IMG/VR virus record: IMGVR_UViG_3300005264_000079 | Location: 1-64,000 of that record | Strand: one strand, 5' to 3' | DNA: 64,000 nt | Origin: a virus | Taxonomy: Duplodnaviria > Caudoviricetes | In this document: piece after piece, positions 8,456 through 18,057 of the stretch | Position numbering within the stretch: the stretch's first letter is position 1 | Layout: every line of letters begins with the position of its first letter | The notes under the pieces: model-generated | What the model was told of the DNA's origin: nothing | Database searches by the model: none | The model's input: only the letters and a program-made list of their open reading frames with translations | Translations under genes and position numbers: made by a program

Positions 8456-9109
8456 TTAACATCTTTTGCTTAGTTCTTCAATTGTTTCTTTAGATAGAGA
8501 AGAGAAAGGCACTTCTTTCCCATTAACTTTGATGCTAATTTCTAAGTGTATTTTTTCTTCATTAACATCAATTCCAGAAATTTCTTCAAAGATTTTAGCA
8601 TCAAAGTTAGGAAGATTTTTCAAAGCATCTCTTTCTTCTATAGGAGCTTCGTCCCATGCTTTCCTAAAAGCCTCTTTATATTTTATTGTTTTAAGAAATC
8701 CGCTAAAGGTTTCAATTTCATCTTTATACTGCATTCTTTCTTCAGCAGTAGCTTCCTCTTCTTTTATCCAACGAACAGGCTCAAAATAGAGGAAAGAGGG
8801 AAAGTCTATATCGTTCTTTTTTAAATTTGTGGGTTTATTAAACATCCTAACAAAATCTTCGTCCGTATTAAAAAATCCTGAGCTACAATTTCCTGAGTTC
8901 CAATCTCCAGTATTCTCATTTCCTGAGTTATAGTTTCCTGAGTTTTTGTTTCCAGAGTTTCTGCTTCCTGAGTTCTCATTTCCAGAGTTTCTGTTTCCTG
9001 AGTTTCTGTCTCCTGAGTTCTTGCCTCCTGAGTTCCAGTGTCCAGTGTTCCCATTTCCTGAGTTCCAGTGTCCAGTGTTCCCATTTCCTGTGTTCATCTT
9101 GTTATCCAT
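8456..9109 (-). CDS. Asn/Gly pentapeptide-repeat (G.xNS/T) protein
   Basis: about 14 tandem GNxNS/T-like repeats, then FFNT..MFNKP and LPNFDA.IF.EISGI domain common in phages. Confidence 0.8.
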   Translation of the reverse strand: MDNKMNTGNGNTGHWNSGNGNTGHWNSGGKNSGDRNSGNRNSGNENSGSRNSGNKNSGNYNSGNENTGDWNSGNCSSGFFNTDEDFVRMFNKPTNLKKNDIDFPSFLYFEPVRWIKEEEATAEERMQYKDEIETFSGFLKTIKYKEAFRKAWDEAPIEERDALKNLPNFDAKIFEEISGIDVNEEKIHLEISIKVNGKEVPFSSLSKETIEELSKRC

Positions 9110-9358
9110 AAAATCTCCTTAATCAATTACTATTAAATACACTATAGTATGTTTTTAAATTGTTTCCTGAGTTTCTGTCTCCTGAGTTCTCATTTCCAGT
9201 ATTCCAATCTCCAGAGTTTCTGTCCCCTGAGTTTTTGTTTCCAGAGTTCCTGTATCCTGAGTTCCAGTGTCCAGTGTTCCCATTTCCTGTGTTCATCTTG
9301 TTATCCATAAAATCTCCTTAATCAATTACTATTAAATACACTATAGTATGTTTTTAAA
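9056..9358. repeat. 104-bp exact direct repeat (9056-9159 and 9255-9358), period 199
   Basis: read directly; includes upstream stop, RBS and N-terminal codons. Confidence 0.9.
9123..9308 (-). pseudogene. chimeric, truncated copy of the repeat protein
   Basis: N-terminus matches 8456..9109; C-terminal LKTYYSVFNSN matches the end of the upstream 36-aa ORF. Confidence 0.7.
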
Positions 9359-9438
9359 CACAAAGCTATGCTGTATCTCTTTCTTATCATTATAGCAACT
9401 ATACTCAATTAACATCTCTTTATCCATATTCATTCTCC

Positions 9439-12400
9439 TTATGAGCATTTGCTCCAACCACAAAAATTACTACAAGATTTACATCCATCAATGTAAATCA
9501 GATCTGCTCCACAATCAGGGCATTTTTCCGAAGATAATACCTCTTCTTCTTTTCCAATATACTTTTTAAGCTCTCTTGCTACAGCTTTATTAAAAGAGAC
9601 AAAGCCCTTCCCTTTAAGCATCTGTTCCACAATAAACTGAAGGGGAATCCCATGTTCTTTATGCCTTAACATCAAAGAAATCATACGAGTCACTTCGCCA
9701 TACTCAGCATCATAGATAGCAGAAAGGTTTTCTACCTTTAATTCCCCATCAATGTAAAGGTCATACCATCCACGTTTCTTTTTGACAATGGTGCCCTTTG
9801 CTCCATTTTTAACATCATGCTGTTTCTTTGTAGCAAACACCTCATAGGGTTGGCCATTCAAAAGTCCTACAACCACTTTAAACTCTTCACCTTTCACTTT
9901 AGTAACATAAATGTCACAATCTAAAGAATCAGGTCGTGCAGGAGATATACGCTCTTCTGTAGGTTTTGTAGTTTTAGAAGAATATTCTAAAATCCCCTTC
10001 ATACTCCCATCGGGATTAAATGATGTCATCCCTTTGAGTCCTGCTTTGTAAGCAAGCATGTACATGTCTTTATACTCGTCAAAGGTAGTCCCCGGAGGAA
10101 TATTTATTGTTTTACTAATACTATGGTCAATATACTTCTGAAAAATTGCTTGTATGGCAATACCATCTTTAGGGGAAATGTCAGCAGTAGTCTTAAAAAA
10201 TTCTGGTAAAGTGTCAGGTTCTTCTCCTATAAAAGCAATATAGTCCAACCAAGCTTTATCATATACAGTTTCCTTTTTGGTTTCATCTCCTCTACCCGTT
10301 CTAATGTTTCTATCATACTGTAAGCTAAAAATAGGTTCAATCCCAGAGGAGCAATTATTCCCAATAGAGAGGGATGTTGTACCTGTTGGGGCTATAGTGT
10401 TTAGCCCTATGTTGCGTAAACCATATTGCAACACTTCTGCTTTAAAAGCACTATTGAAATTGTCTTTTATGAAATTAGCTTGGATTAGTTTTGCATTATC
10501 GCATTTTGGAAATGCTCCCTTCTCTTTAGCAAGATCCAAAGATGCTTCATAGGAAAATTGTTTCAAAGACATACCTATAATGTGGGAAAGAGATTTGCTG
10601 GCTTCATCCCCATAAGTATGTCCTAACATAGCAAAAACATCCCCCAAACCTGTGAACCCTAATCCCACTCTTCTCCAATCCAAAGACATTCTTTCTATTT
10701 TATCCAAAGGATACTTTGTTCTGCTTAGAACGTTATCTAAAAATCGTATCCCTATTTTAATGGATTTTTCAAATTGCTCAAAATCAAAATCTGCTCTATC
10801 AGTAAAAGCATTAGTTACAAATGCAGGTAGATTTAAAGAGCTAAGGCAACAAACAGAATAAGAGGGCATAACGATTTCACCACAATTATGAACTAACACC
10901 CCACAACTGTTTAAGTATTTTTCATCGTCTGTTTCTGTGATAATGTAGAAATTGTGATTATCTTCCACAGTAATATCATAAACATCTTCTGTTATCCCAG
11001 TAAAACGAATATCTTCTACGAAAACATCGTAGGATAAATCCACATTATGATCTCTCTTTTCAGGTAGATCGGGAAGCCTTTCTTGTTCTCTGAGAATTCT
11101 TTCTGTGCCCCAATTATACCTTTTTGCATTAGCTAAAACATTTTTATGTCTGTTATGGATAGACCTGTCCTCATAAGACATTCTATTTATTGGATTATAC
11201 TTACCAGTTCTTTTGGTTATCTTTTTGTGGTCTTCAACAGTAATGAGTTTTAAGTTTGTAAGAAAATCATTAGTAGAATCATCATCAAAGTGATCGATGT
11301 TATGCGTCTTCCCGTTATACTCTCCATGATAGTGTTCCCATAGCATTCTATACTGTTTTGCATAACCATTAGATTTAGAATTAATATGTCTATAAGATTT
11401 ATGGGAATTCTTATTAGAAAAGGAATAAAATTTCTCTAATTGTTTGCCAATAGAATCTTTAGCCTCGATATACTCTCCAGAGTGCAAAGCAAGTTTATGT
11501 TCAGGAGTACATCTAAATGAAGATCCATCAGAAAGAATAATGTCAATGACTTCTTTCGTTCCTGTCTTAAAGGCAACAGCTTCTTTGATCTCCGTCTTCC
11601 ACTTTCCTTTATTGTTTTTTTCTTTTGCTGAATAAACAATAAATGGGGAATCTTTCTCAGCTAATTCTTTAATAGGCACTCCATTTCGCCCATCTGCTAC
11701 AGCAACAATGGTATCTCCTGTAAAGCATGGATTAACTCTATCCATTTTAAGTTCCCAATAACCATTGTTATACCGTTCAACAGTATCTAAGTTAAATACT
11801 CCTGGCTCATTGTGTGTAAAACTATTTTGAGATAGAAGATCATACAGTGTTTTAGCTTGTATTGTCTCGTACACTTCCCCATCAAAAACCAGATCCCAAG
11901 GAAGATCCTGTTCCACTGCCTCCATAAACTTATCTGTAATACCTACAGAGATGTTAAATTGTGTTAGTGTTTCATTCTTCTCCCCTTGCTTACAAGTGAT
12001 GAACTCTTTAATTTCTGGATGGTCAACATTAAGGATGGCAATATGAGCCGCTCTTCGGTTTCCTCCTGTATGTATTACTTTAGCACTTTCATTGAAAACT
12101 TTTAAAAATGATATTACACCCGATGAATCTCCTCCCTTAGAAATCAAGGCCCCTTTTGGTCTAATGTTGCTAACGTTAATACCAACACCCCCACCAGTAG
12201 ATGAGATTATTGCATCATCTTTTAAAGCATTATAGATACCGTCAATACTGTCCTCAGCATCTATAGTATAGCAATTAGAGTAATATCGCATTTTTGTGTC
12301 TACTCGTGCATTAGCTAAAACTCTTCCGGCGGGAAATAGCCTTTGCTCTGCCATTTCTGTGTAAAACTTATCTTCCCACTTATCTATTGCTTCTGTAGAA

Positions 12401-12525
12401 GTTTCTGCAAGAGCAATATCTTTGGCAATTCCTTTAAAAACTTCTTCTACATTCTTCTCGCCATTTAGGCAATACTTTTTATTAAAAATCTCTTTGCAAA
12501 CTTCCTGTTTAAAATATTCTGACAT
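9439..12525 (-). CDS. nrdJ: class II (B12-dependent) ribonucleotide reductase with intein
   Basis: PAGRVL, GGGVG, RRAAHIAIL, NP|CGE, CCLSSLN, TIAPTGT; C-terminal TSCPD-type region and CPDC/CKSC Zn ribbon; start 12525 after AAGGAG. Confidence 0.9.
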   Translation of the reverse strand: MSEYFKQEVCKEIFNKKYCLNGEKNVEEVFKGIAKDIALAETSTEAIDKWEDKFYTEMAEQRLFPAGRVLANARVDTKMRYYSNCYTIDAEDSIDGIYNALKDDAIISSTGGGVGINVSNIRPKGALISKGGDSSGVISFLKVFNESAKVIHTGGNRRAAHIAILNVDHPEIKEFITCKQGEKNETLTQFNISVGITDKFMEAVEQDLPWDLVFDGEVYETIQAKTLYDLLSQNSFTHNEPGVFNLDTVERYNNGYWELKMDRVNPCFTGDTIVAVADGRNGVPIKELAEKDSPFIVYSAKEKNNKGKWKTEIKEAVAFKTGTKEVIDIILSDGSSFRCTPEHKLALHSGEYIEAKDSIGKQLEKFYSFSNKNSHKSYRHINSKSNGYAKQYRMLWEHYHGEYNGKTHNIDHFDDDSTNDFLTNLKLITVEDHKKITKRTGKYNPINRMSYEDRSIHNRHKNVLANAKRYNWGTERILREQERLPDLPEKRDHNVDLSYDVFVEDIRFTGITEDVYDITVEDNHNFYIITETDDEKYLNSCGVLVHNCGEIVMPSYSVCCLSSLNLPAFVTNAFTDRADFDFEQFEKSIKIGIRFLDNVLSRTKYPLDKIERMSLDWRRVGLGFTGLGDVFAMLGHTYGDEASKSLSHIIGMSLKQFSYEASLDLAKEKGAFPKCDNAKLIQANFIKDNFNSAFKAEVLQYGLRNIGLNTIAPTGTTSLSIGNNCSSGIEPIFSLQYDRNIRTGRGDETKKETVYDKAWLDYIAFIGEEPDTLPEFFKTTADISPKDGIAIQAIFQKYIDHSISKTINIPPGTTFDEYKDMYMLAYKAGLKGMTSFNPDGSMKGILEYSSKTTKPTEERISPARPDSLDCDIYVTKVKGEEFKVVVGLLNGQPYEVFATKKQHDVKNGAKGTIVKKKRGWYDLYIDGELKVENLSAIYDAEYGEVTRMISLMLRHKEHGIPLQFIVEQMLKGKGFVSFNKAVARELKKYIGKEEEVLSSEKCPDCGADLIYIDGCKSCSNFCGWSKCS
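10885..11727 (-). mobile_element. intein (281 aa) at RNR NP/CGE, carrying an HNH endonuclease
   Basis: C1 CFTGDT, block B CTPEH, block F VYDITVEDNHNF, terminal VHN then Cys; central IDH..N..LTNL..H. Confidence 0.9.
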
Positions 12526-12612
12526 TAATTCTCCTTGTGTATAATGGTTCTTAATTTTTTTACTTATAGGGGGACATGAATAGTGGTCATAGCTATTCAT
12601 GCGTTTAAACCA

Positions 12613-12909
12613 CTATAGTTTTACAATTTTTCTACTTGTCACGTTATTACCTTCATCAAAAAACTCTTCTATTTTTACATTAGGAACAAACTGTAAGGCT
12701 TCAGCTACATTCTCTCCCTGTTGTGTTGTAACCTGTATTACACAACCTACCTCTTTTATTTCCATTGCTTTAGTTGACTTCATCCAACCTTCTGCTTTAC
12801 TGGAAGCCTTACTTATTAGCTTAAAAGTATCACCATTGCCCCAAAAAACTATATCCTTTACATTCTTGGTTGCTCTATTTGAATCTGTATTACCCAGTGA
12901 TTTGTTCAT
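12613..12909 (-). CDS. conserved phage hypothetical protein
   Basis: WMKSTKAMEI..VGCVIQVTTQ..VAEAL.FVP pattern; RBS. Confidence 0.65.
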   Translation of the reverse strand: MNKSLGNTDSNRATKNVKDIVFWGNGDTFKLISKASSKAEGWMKSTKAMEIKEVGCVIQVTTQQGENVAEALQFVPNVKIEEFFDEGNNVTSRKIVKL

Positions 12910-12947
12910 TATTTTCTCCTGTATTTATGTATTTAAACTATACTTCC

Positions 12948-13232
12948 TTAACAATACTTAAATTTAATTTCAGACAATAGCTTACTAAACTCCACATCAA
13001 TTTCTCGTAAACGTTTTTCTCTACAACTCTCACATGCTACAACTGTATTCTGATAATGCACTTGATTGTAGAAAGAAATCACCTTCTTCCTGTATTCCTC
13101 TGAAATAGGGACACAAGAATTATCCCTATTAGCTATATAAAGAAAATCATCTTTAACACTATAATACGTTTTAGCAGAATGTGTTAATACCTTTAGTTTA
13201 TTGCTAATATCCTCTAATATAGAAAAGTTCAA
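12948..13232 (-). CDS. hypothetical protein
   Basis: TTG start after AAGGAG. Confidence 0.55.
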   Translation of the reverse strand: MNFSILEDISNKLKVLTHSAKTYYSVKDDFLYIANRDNSCVPISEEYRKKVISFYNQVHYQNTVVACESCREKRLREIDVEFSKLLSEIKFKYC

Positions 13233-13368
13233 ACCATCTCCTTTTACATTTCTAATTTAGCTTCAATGGAAGAAAAAACCTCTGCCACAGCTTCTGTAAT
13301 AGGGGACTTTCCTTTCTCTGTATCGTACCATAGCTTCAAAACACCCTTAGCCACAACAGCACTGATTC

Positions 13369-13767
13369 CTAAAAAAGACCAAATTGTACACACAGAATTT
13401 CAATGTCTATATTGATATTCAATTTTTCTTCTGTGTTATCTGCTACATGAGCATACACTTTCATCATTTCATCATAGACATCTTCTGAAAAATCCATATG
13501 ATTTTTGCGTAAATCCTTCACCTCAATTACAGGATCACTACCTTTATCAACTTCCTCTACGGCTCTGAAATACTTATTTATTTCTTTTTTAATTCTTTTC
13601 TTTTCAGCGGGCGGGGTAGTGTCTTTGTCCCCAAAACGATGTTCAAGAAACCCTTCCTTACTACTTTTGCTATCTGCTGTAAGGAGATTACTATTTTCCC
13701 TAAACTTGCAATAATTATCATAAAAAGATTTTACTTCTTTCATTACTTCTTCATTTAATTCTTTCAT
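13369..13767 (-). CDS. hypothetical protein (possibly extends to 13244 via a -1 shift at T6)
   Basis: GGAGGA RBS before MKELNEE. Confidence 0.6.
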   Translation of the reverse strand: MKELNEEVMKEVKSFYDNYCKFRENSNLLTADSKSSKEGFLEHRFGDKDTTPPAEKKRIKKEINKYFRAVEEVDKGSDPVIEVKDLRKNHMDFSEDVYDEMMKVYAHVADNTEEKLNINIDIEILCVQFGLF

Positions 13768-13973
13768 ACTTCCTCCACGTATCCATTTTTTGTAGCCCAA
13801 TTTTCCAATTCTTCTTCATCAAAGATAACATCAGGTGCAATACTGTTATTGCTTAATAGGAAAGAGATATCTCTTATACTGAAAGAACCTGAAATTAACA
13901 CACCTTCGTCTCCAAAGTGTGATATAGAAACATCATCCTTAGTAATAACGTCCCCTATGATAAACTCATGCAT
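13764..13973 (-). CDS. hypothetical protein
   Basis: GGAGGA RBS; ATGA overlap. Confidence 0.6.
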   Translation of the reverse strand: MHEFIIGDVITKDDVSISHFGDEGVLISGSFSIRDISFLLSNNSIAPDVIFDEEELENWATKNGYVEEV

Positions 13974-13982
13974 ATTTTCCTC

Positions 13983-14885
13983 CTAACAGTTATCATATAA
14001 CCTTCTGCTTAATCCTGCAACCCCACTATCAAAGAAAGGGTCTTCAAAGTCAGAAATAATTCCTGAAGCAAATTCCCCATTCTTTTTTGTACCACTAATT
14101 AGCACTTTGTTAAAATACCCCAAAATTGTTCTCCTAATTCCTTCAACATCACTTGCATTTACATTTTTCAAATTAGAAGAAATTGTTTTCCAATCCCCAA
14201 TAGATAATGCTTGTGCTAAAGCATATCCATTAGTTGCTACATCATCTTGTTTGAGTAAATCAAGCTGATCATCAAAATCATTTATACCTCTGATAAGCTC
14301 TAAGTCTGAAATACAATCTCTTGGAATCCTGTTATTCTTACTGCATATTCTTGATAGCACCCTCCTGTCTGTGACAATACCCTCCTTTTCACATATTGTC
14401 AATAGATGTTCTCTCAAAGATTTTGTATCAGGAGCATCAAACTTTATTTTAGTGAATCTACTTTTGATGTTCTTAGGGATTTTATTTTCTTCTGTTGTGC
14501 ATATGACAAAATATGTGTTCTCTCCTGGTTCTTCTGTGGCTTTTAATAAGCTGTCAAAAAATTGAGAGGAAGCTCTTTGTATTTCATCAAGAATAATAAG
14601 TTTTGTTTTATAGCCCAGAGGTACGTTGCTTACATTCTTAGCAATGTTTTTAGATGTAGCCACACCGTTGTCCACAGAGGCTGAAATCTCTTCGATGTAA
14701 CACTTTGGTAGCGAAGTACCTATTATCCTTGCTATGGACGTTTTTGACACGCCATGTGAGCCATAGAACATATATGTGTGGTCATATCCACGCTTCCTAT
14801 CTTCTTTTAATTTAGTGATGAAAGGAAGATCTCCCACAAGATCATCTAAAGATTTTACCCTGTATTTATTATATAGTTTTTCCAT
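13983..14885 (-). CDS. clamp-loader AAA+ subunit, DnaX (gamma/tau)-like
   Basis: LYNKYR..LDDLVG, GSHGVSKT P-loop, IILDE, LLK..EEP, FVICTTE..KIP..IKSR. Confidence 0.85.
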   Translation of the reverse strand: MEKLYNKYRVKSLDDLVGDLPFITKLKEDRKRGYDHTYMFYGSHGVSKTSIARIIGTSLPKCYIEEISASVDNGVATSKNIAKNVSNVPLGYKTKLIILDEIQRASSQFFDSLLKATEEPGENTYFVICTTEENKIPKNIKSRFTKIKFDAPDTKSLREHLLTICEKEGIVTDRRVLSRICSKNNRIPRDCISDLELIRGINDFDDQLDLLKQDDVATNGYALAQALSIGDWKTISSNLKNVNASDVEGIRRTILGYFNKVLISGTKKNGEFASGIISDFEDPFFDSGVAGLSRRLYDNC

Positions 14886-14888
14886 AAT

Positions 14889-15197
14889 CTATTCTTCCAT
14901 CAATATTTGTATTGTCCCATCATCAAGAACACAAAACCCTACAGCCACCTTCTCTGTTGCCTCTTCTAATTTCTGTAGTTGAAAGGGGAAATCTGATTTG
15001 AGAGCAATTCCCTGTTTAGCTTCTCCTGTAAAAGCATTTAGCCAATAAAACCTTGAATTTACATGAACTTCTTCTACACCTTCCACTTGTGGTGTAATGT
15101 CCAAAATGGAACCTACTTCCTCTTCTGTAAATGTAACATCATCTTTTGGTTTAGCTTTTTTACCAAGTTCTCTTGATACAGTGTACTTTTCACCCAT
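14889..15197 (-). CDS. hypothetical protein
   Basis: GAGG RBS; in operon. Confidence 0.6.
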   Translation of the reverse strand: MGEKYTVSRELGKKAKPKDDVTFTEEEVGSILDITPQVEGVEEVHVNSRFYWLNAFTGEAKQGIALKSDFPFQLQKLEEATEKVAVGFCVLDDGTIQILMEE

Positions 15198-15381
15198 TGT
15201 GTTCCTCAATAGCTTTCACCACTTGCTCAAGAGAAGGAATGGTAGGAAGCTTCCCATCAGTTTCAAGGCATGTCATATCGTAATTATGGCGATAAATACT
15301 TCTAGCCTTGGCATATACTGGGAGATAATCATCAGCCATTATATCCTGCACATATTTATCCTCTAATCTTGGCACTTTCAT
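15190..15381 (-). CDS. hypothetical protein
   Basis: GGAG RBS; overlaps neighbours. Confidence 0.55.
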   Translation of the reverse strand: MKVPRLEDKYVQDIMADDYLPVYAKARSIYRHNYDMTCLETDGKLPTIPSLEQVVKAIEEHNG

Positions 15382-15881
15382 TTACTCTCCTTTATCTTCT
15401 GTTTCTCAGGCATAATAAGGACATCAAATGATGGGAGAGTCTCTACCCAGTCACAAAAAACCTGCCAGTCTGGGTGTCTGTGCTTTCTTCTTGCAATGTA
15501 TATAGCTCTTAAAGTAGGATAAGAAAAGTAGCATATCTGATGATAATACTTATTAGGTAAATCTTTTTGCTTCTGTGATGCTAATTCTTCCCCAGACATT
15601 TCTCTTAATTCATTGTGCATAGATGAAGATGTAGACAATACTTCTCTACCAATGCGATATGTATCTAATTCCACCATCCACCCAATCTGAAAGTGCATAT
15701 CCACCCAAACTATAGCTCCTCTTGAAAACTTAGCATGATCTGTTCCACGTTTGATGAGCACTTTTGCTAACTGCTCATCTTCTGTCTTTTGTTTTCTCCC
15801 TTCCATAGGAAGCCGCATTGCCTGTAGAGTGGGGGTAATCCCACCCACTTCTAGTGTTTCAATTTTTAATGCTTTATACAA
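15378..15881 (-). CDS. ThyX/Thy1-like phage protein (putative flavin-dependent thymidylate synthase)
   Basis: DHAKF.R...V.....W..ELDTY.IG...SSSMH pattern; the canonical RHRx7S motif is not seen; TTG start after AGGAG. Confidence 0.5.
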   Translation of the reverse strand: MYKALKIETLEVGGITPTLQAMRLPMEGRKQKTEDEQLAKVLIKRGTDHAKFSRGAIVWVDMHFQIGWMVELDTYRIGREVLSTSSSMHNELREMSGEELASQKQKDLPNKYYHQICYFSYPTLRAIYIARRKHRHPDWQVFCDWVETLPSFDVLIMPEKQKIKESK

Positions 15882-15891
15882 TATCCTTCTC

Positions 15892-16293
15892 CTATAGTAA
15901 TTTAAGATGTCCCGTAATTTTATCAATAACAGCACTATCAGCAGGGCCAATAGCAAGACATGTCTCCGTAGCTTCCCCATGAAATTCTGTTTTACCAAGA
16001 TCAGTAATCAAAGCACATGGCAACTCAGCATATGTAGCATTCTGAAATACTTGTAGTAATTCTGCTTCAGAGTTTACAAACACCACAACTTTAGTATAGT
16101 CCCCTTCTTCCCATTCAATCATTTCAGGTGTTAGACCACTCTCTGGGTTAATGGAATAAGCCGTAATGAGTTCATTTGATTGAAACATCCTATCAAACCA
16201 CACCTTCATAGAGGCATGAGAGGCTTGAGCCACAATTTTTCCCTTCCTCATATTTAGATCTTTCCTAATTACAATTACTTGTTTAACCACCAT
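15892..16293 (-). CDS. pth2: peptidyl-tRNA hydrolase, Pth2 (archaeal/eukaryotic type)
   Basis: KQVIVIRKDL.M.KGK..AQ..HA, KVVV, ITD.G.TE, TCLAIGP, ITGHLKLL. Confidence 0.92.
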   Translation of the reverse strand: MVVKQVIVIRKDLNMRKGKIVAQASHASMKVWFDRMFQSNELITAYSINPESGLTPEMIEWEEGDYTKVVVFVNSEAELLQVFQNATYAELPCALITDLGKTEFHGEATETCLAIGPADSAVIDKITGHLKLL

Positions 16294-16300
16294 TTCTCCC

Positions 16301-16582
16301 CTAATTATCAACTATTTTATTTACAATTTTGGCATTACAAACAAAACTACTATCTTTAAAATACAATAAGGTTATTGTATCATCACTATTATTTCTTGTC
16401 AACCCCCTAGCAATAAGTTTTTGTGATACTACTTCCCCTACAAAGTTTGCACCAGAAACACTAACTGTTTCTCCTATCCAATTTTCTACTTTAATAGGGA
16501 TTATTTCTTTTTCTTTTTCTTTTTCTTTAGTAGACTCTTTTACGTTACTATCATTAAAGTTCTTTTTCTTTTTCTTTTTCAC
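16301..16582 (-). CDS. hypothetical protein
   Basis: GTG start, Lys-rich N-terminus. Confidence 0.5.
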   Translation of the reverse strand: MKKKKKKNFNDSNVKESTKEKEKEKEIIPIKVENWIGETVSVSGANFVGEVVSQKLIARGLTRNNSDDTITLLYFKDSSFVCNAKIVNKIVDN

Positions 16583-17133
16583 AAGTACTCCTCTAATTCG
16601 TGCAAGGATCTAATTTTAGGCAAATCTTCTTTGTAATTGTAAAATGTTTTATACAAATAAGCTTCTCCTCCAGCATTCATGAATTTCCTAATATTATCAG
16701 GACTATCATCAATAAGGATACCATTGCTGGCTAACAAATGCTTGTCTCGTAACATCACTATGTCAGTGTTGGTGTTTATCTTAGGGTAATTCCGTTTAAG
16801 CCATTCTTCTTTCTCTGAAGGGCAAAAAGACCATCCGAAAGGAAGAGTACACACGTAGACAAAATGTTTAGAGTAAAGATCCATTTCTTCCATTTCTGTG
16901 TATATCTTATTATTCTTATGTAGATTTCTCCAGAATAAAGGGTCGCTAAAAACTGTGGTTGTATGATGTCTCTCATGATTTCCCTCTGTATGAAACCATT
17001 TACTTAGATCATACCCATAAGGGGATTTTTCCCAAACACTATTTTTATAGTAGTACTTAACATAAGAAATGAAGTCATCCCCAAATGTATTCAACACACC
17101 GTCAAGATCAAAAAATATTGTTTTACTTTGCAC
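16579..17133 (-). CDS. HAD-family 5'(3')-deoxyribonucleotidase
   Basis: FFDLDGVL, EKEEWL, K.LL, LIDDSPDN. Confidence 0.85.
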   Translation of the reverse strand: MQSKTIFFDLDGVLNTFGDDFISYVKYYYKNSVWEKSPYGYDLSKWFHTEGNHERHHTTTVFSDPLFWRNLHKNNKIYTEMEEMDLYSKHFVYVCTLPFGWSFCPSEKEEWLKRNYPKINTNTDIVMLRDKHLLASNGILIDDSPDNIRKFMNAGGEAYLYKTFYNYKEDLPKIRSLHELEEYL

Positions 17134-17692
17134 TAAGAATCCCTCCGTAAATAACCTCTAAAGATGTGTATAAATCTAAAATAGAAGAATTATTTTCCAC
17201 CGTGTGATCAGGAATTATCTTACTCATTTCGGTTTCACTTGGGTGGTGGTCGTTAGAAGCACTATCTTCTCGATTAACTCTAATAATAATACCACCCATC
17301 TTCCTTACAGTTTCTGCTTCATTTAAAAATCTTAGATCACTAATCACTACATTTGTGTCTGAACGTTGTAGTTCAAACCAATATTGAAAACGCTTTACCC
17401 AAATAGCTTTTCCTATGAGAGAGTTGAACTCCGGGTATAACTCAGGTAGTCTATCTCTGAATAAGTCTGTTCCTATAGCTTGCTGAGCTTTACGCATGCT
17501 AATCCCCCATTTAGGGTCAGTAGTTTCTTTGTATTTACCATTGATCCAATCATCCTCACATAAGAATATATCTGCTACAGCCCTTTTAATGGCTCCTGCA
17601 AATTTGTAATTAATGAACCCATAATTCTCCTCAAAATAAGCGGCACATGTGTCTTTTCCTGACCTCTTCATTCCCGTTAATGCTATTATCAT
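17123..17692 (-). CDS. deoxynucleoside monophosphate kinase
   Basis: IIALTGMKRSGKDT, FA..IK, R..QQ.IGTD..R, VISDLRF.NE, H.SE. Confidence 0.9.
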   Translation of the reverse strand: MIIALTGMKRSGKDTCAAYFEENYGFINYKFAGAIKRAVADIFLCEDDWINGKYKETTDPKWGISMRKAQQAIGTDLFRDRLPELYPEFNSLIGKAIWVKRFQYWFELQRSDTNVVISDLRFLNEAETVRKMGGIIIRVNREDSASNDHHPSETEMSKIIPDHTVENNSSILDLYTSLEVIYGGILSAK

Positions 17693-18048
17693 TTCCTGTA
17701 CTTCTCCTTTCTTTTCTGTTCTGCATCTTTTATTTTCTGTTCTGCATCTTTTATTTTATCAGGATATTTATTAATAAATTCTTTTACAGTACTTTTCCAT
17801 AATTTTTCATCCCTGAATTTTTTAGCTTTATTTTCCAAATCATCTATATCAGCGGTATACATATTTGAATCCCAAGAAAATACCATTAAATCCTCAATAA
17901 TTTGTCCTTCTGTGTAGTTATAACGTCTTAAATCAACCAAATCAACCAAAGTATGCTCAATCACCTTTTCCAGTGAGGAATATACATGTGCCGTTGTTAT
18001 CTTGAAAGCTGTTCTATCACCTTGATTTGCTACTAAATATACTTTCAT
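17689..18048 (-). CDS. hypothetical protein with a 21-bp internal duplication (KIKDAEQ x2)
   Basis: ORF with RBS; repeat at about 17712-17757. Confidence 0.55.
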   Translation of the reverse strand: MKVYLVANQGDRTAFKITTAHVYSSLEKVIEHTLVDLVDLRRYNYTEGQIIEDLMVFSWDSNMYTADIDDLENKAKKFRDEKLWKSTVKEFINKYPDKIKDAEQKIKDAEQKRKEKYRK

Positions 18049-18057
18049 TTATTTCCC

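Noticed and set aside
8930-9310. Diversity-generating retroelement template/variable pair
   Set aside because: No reverse transcriptase in the window, and the differences are whole repeat-unit swaps rather than adenine-specific substitutions.
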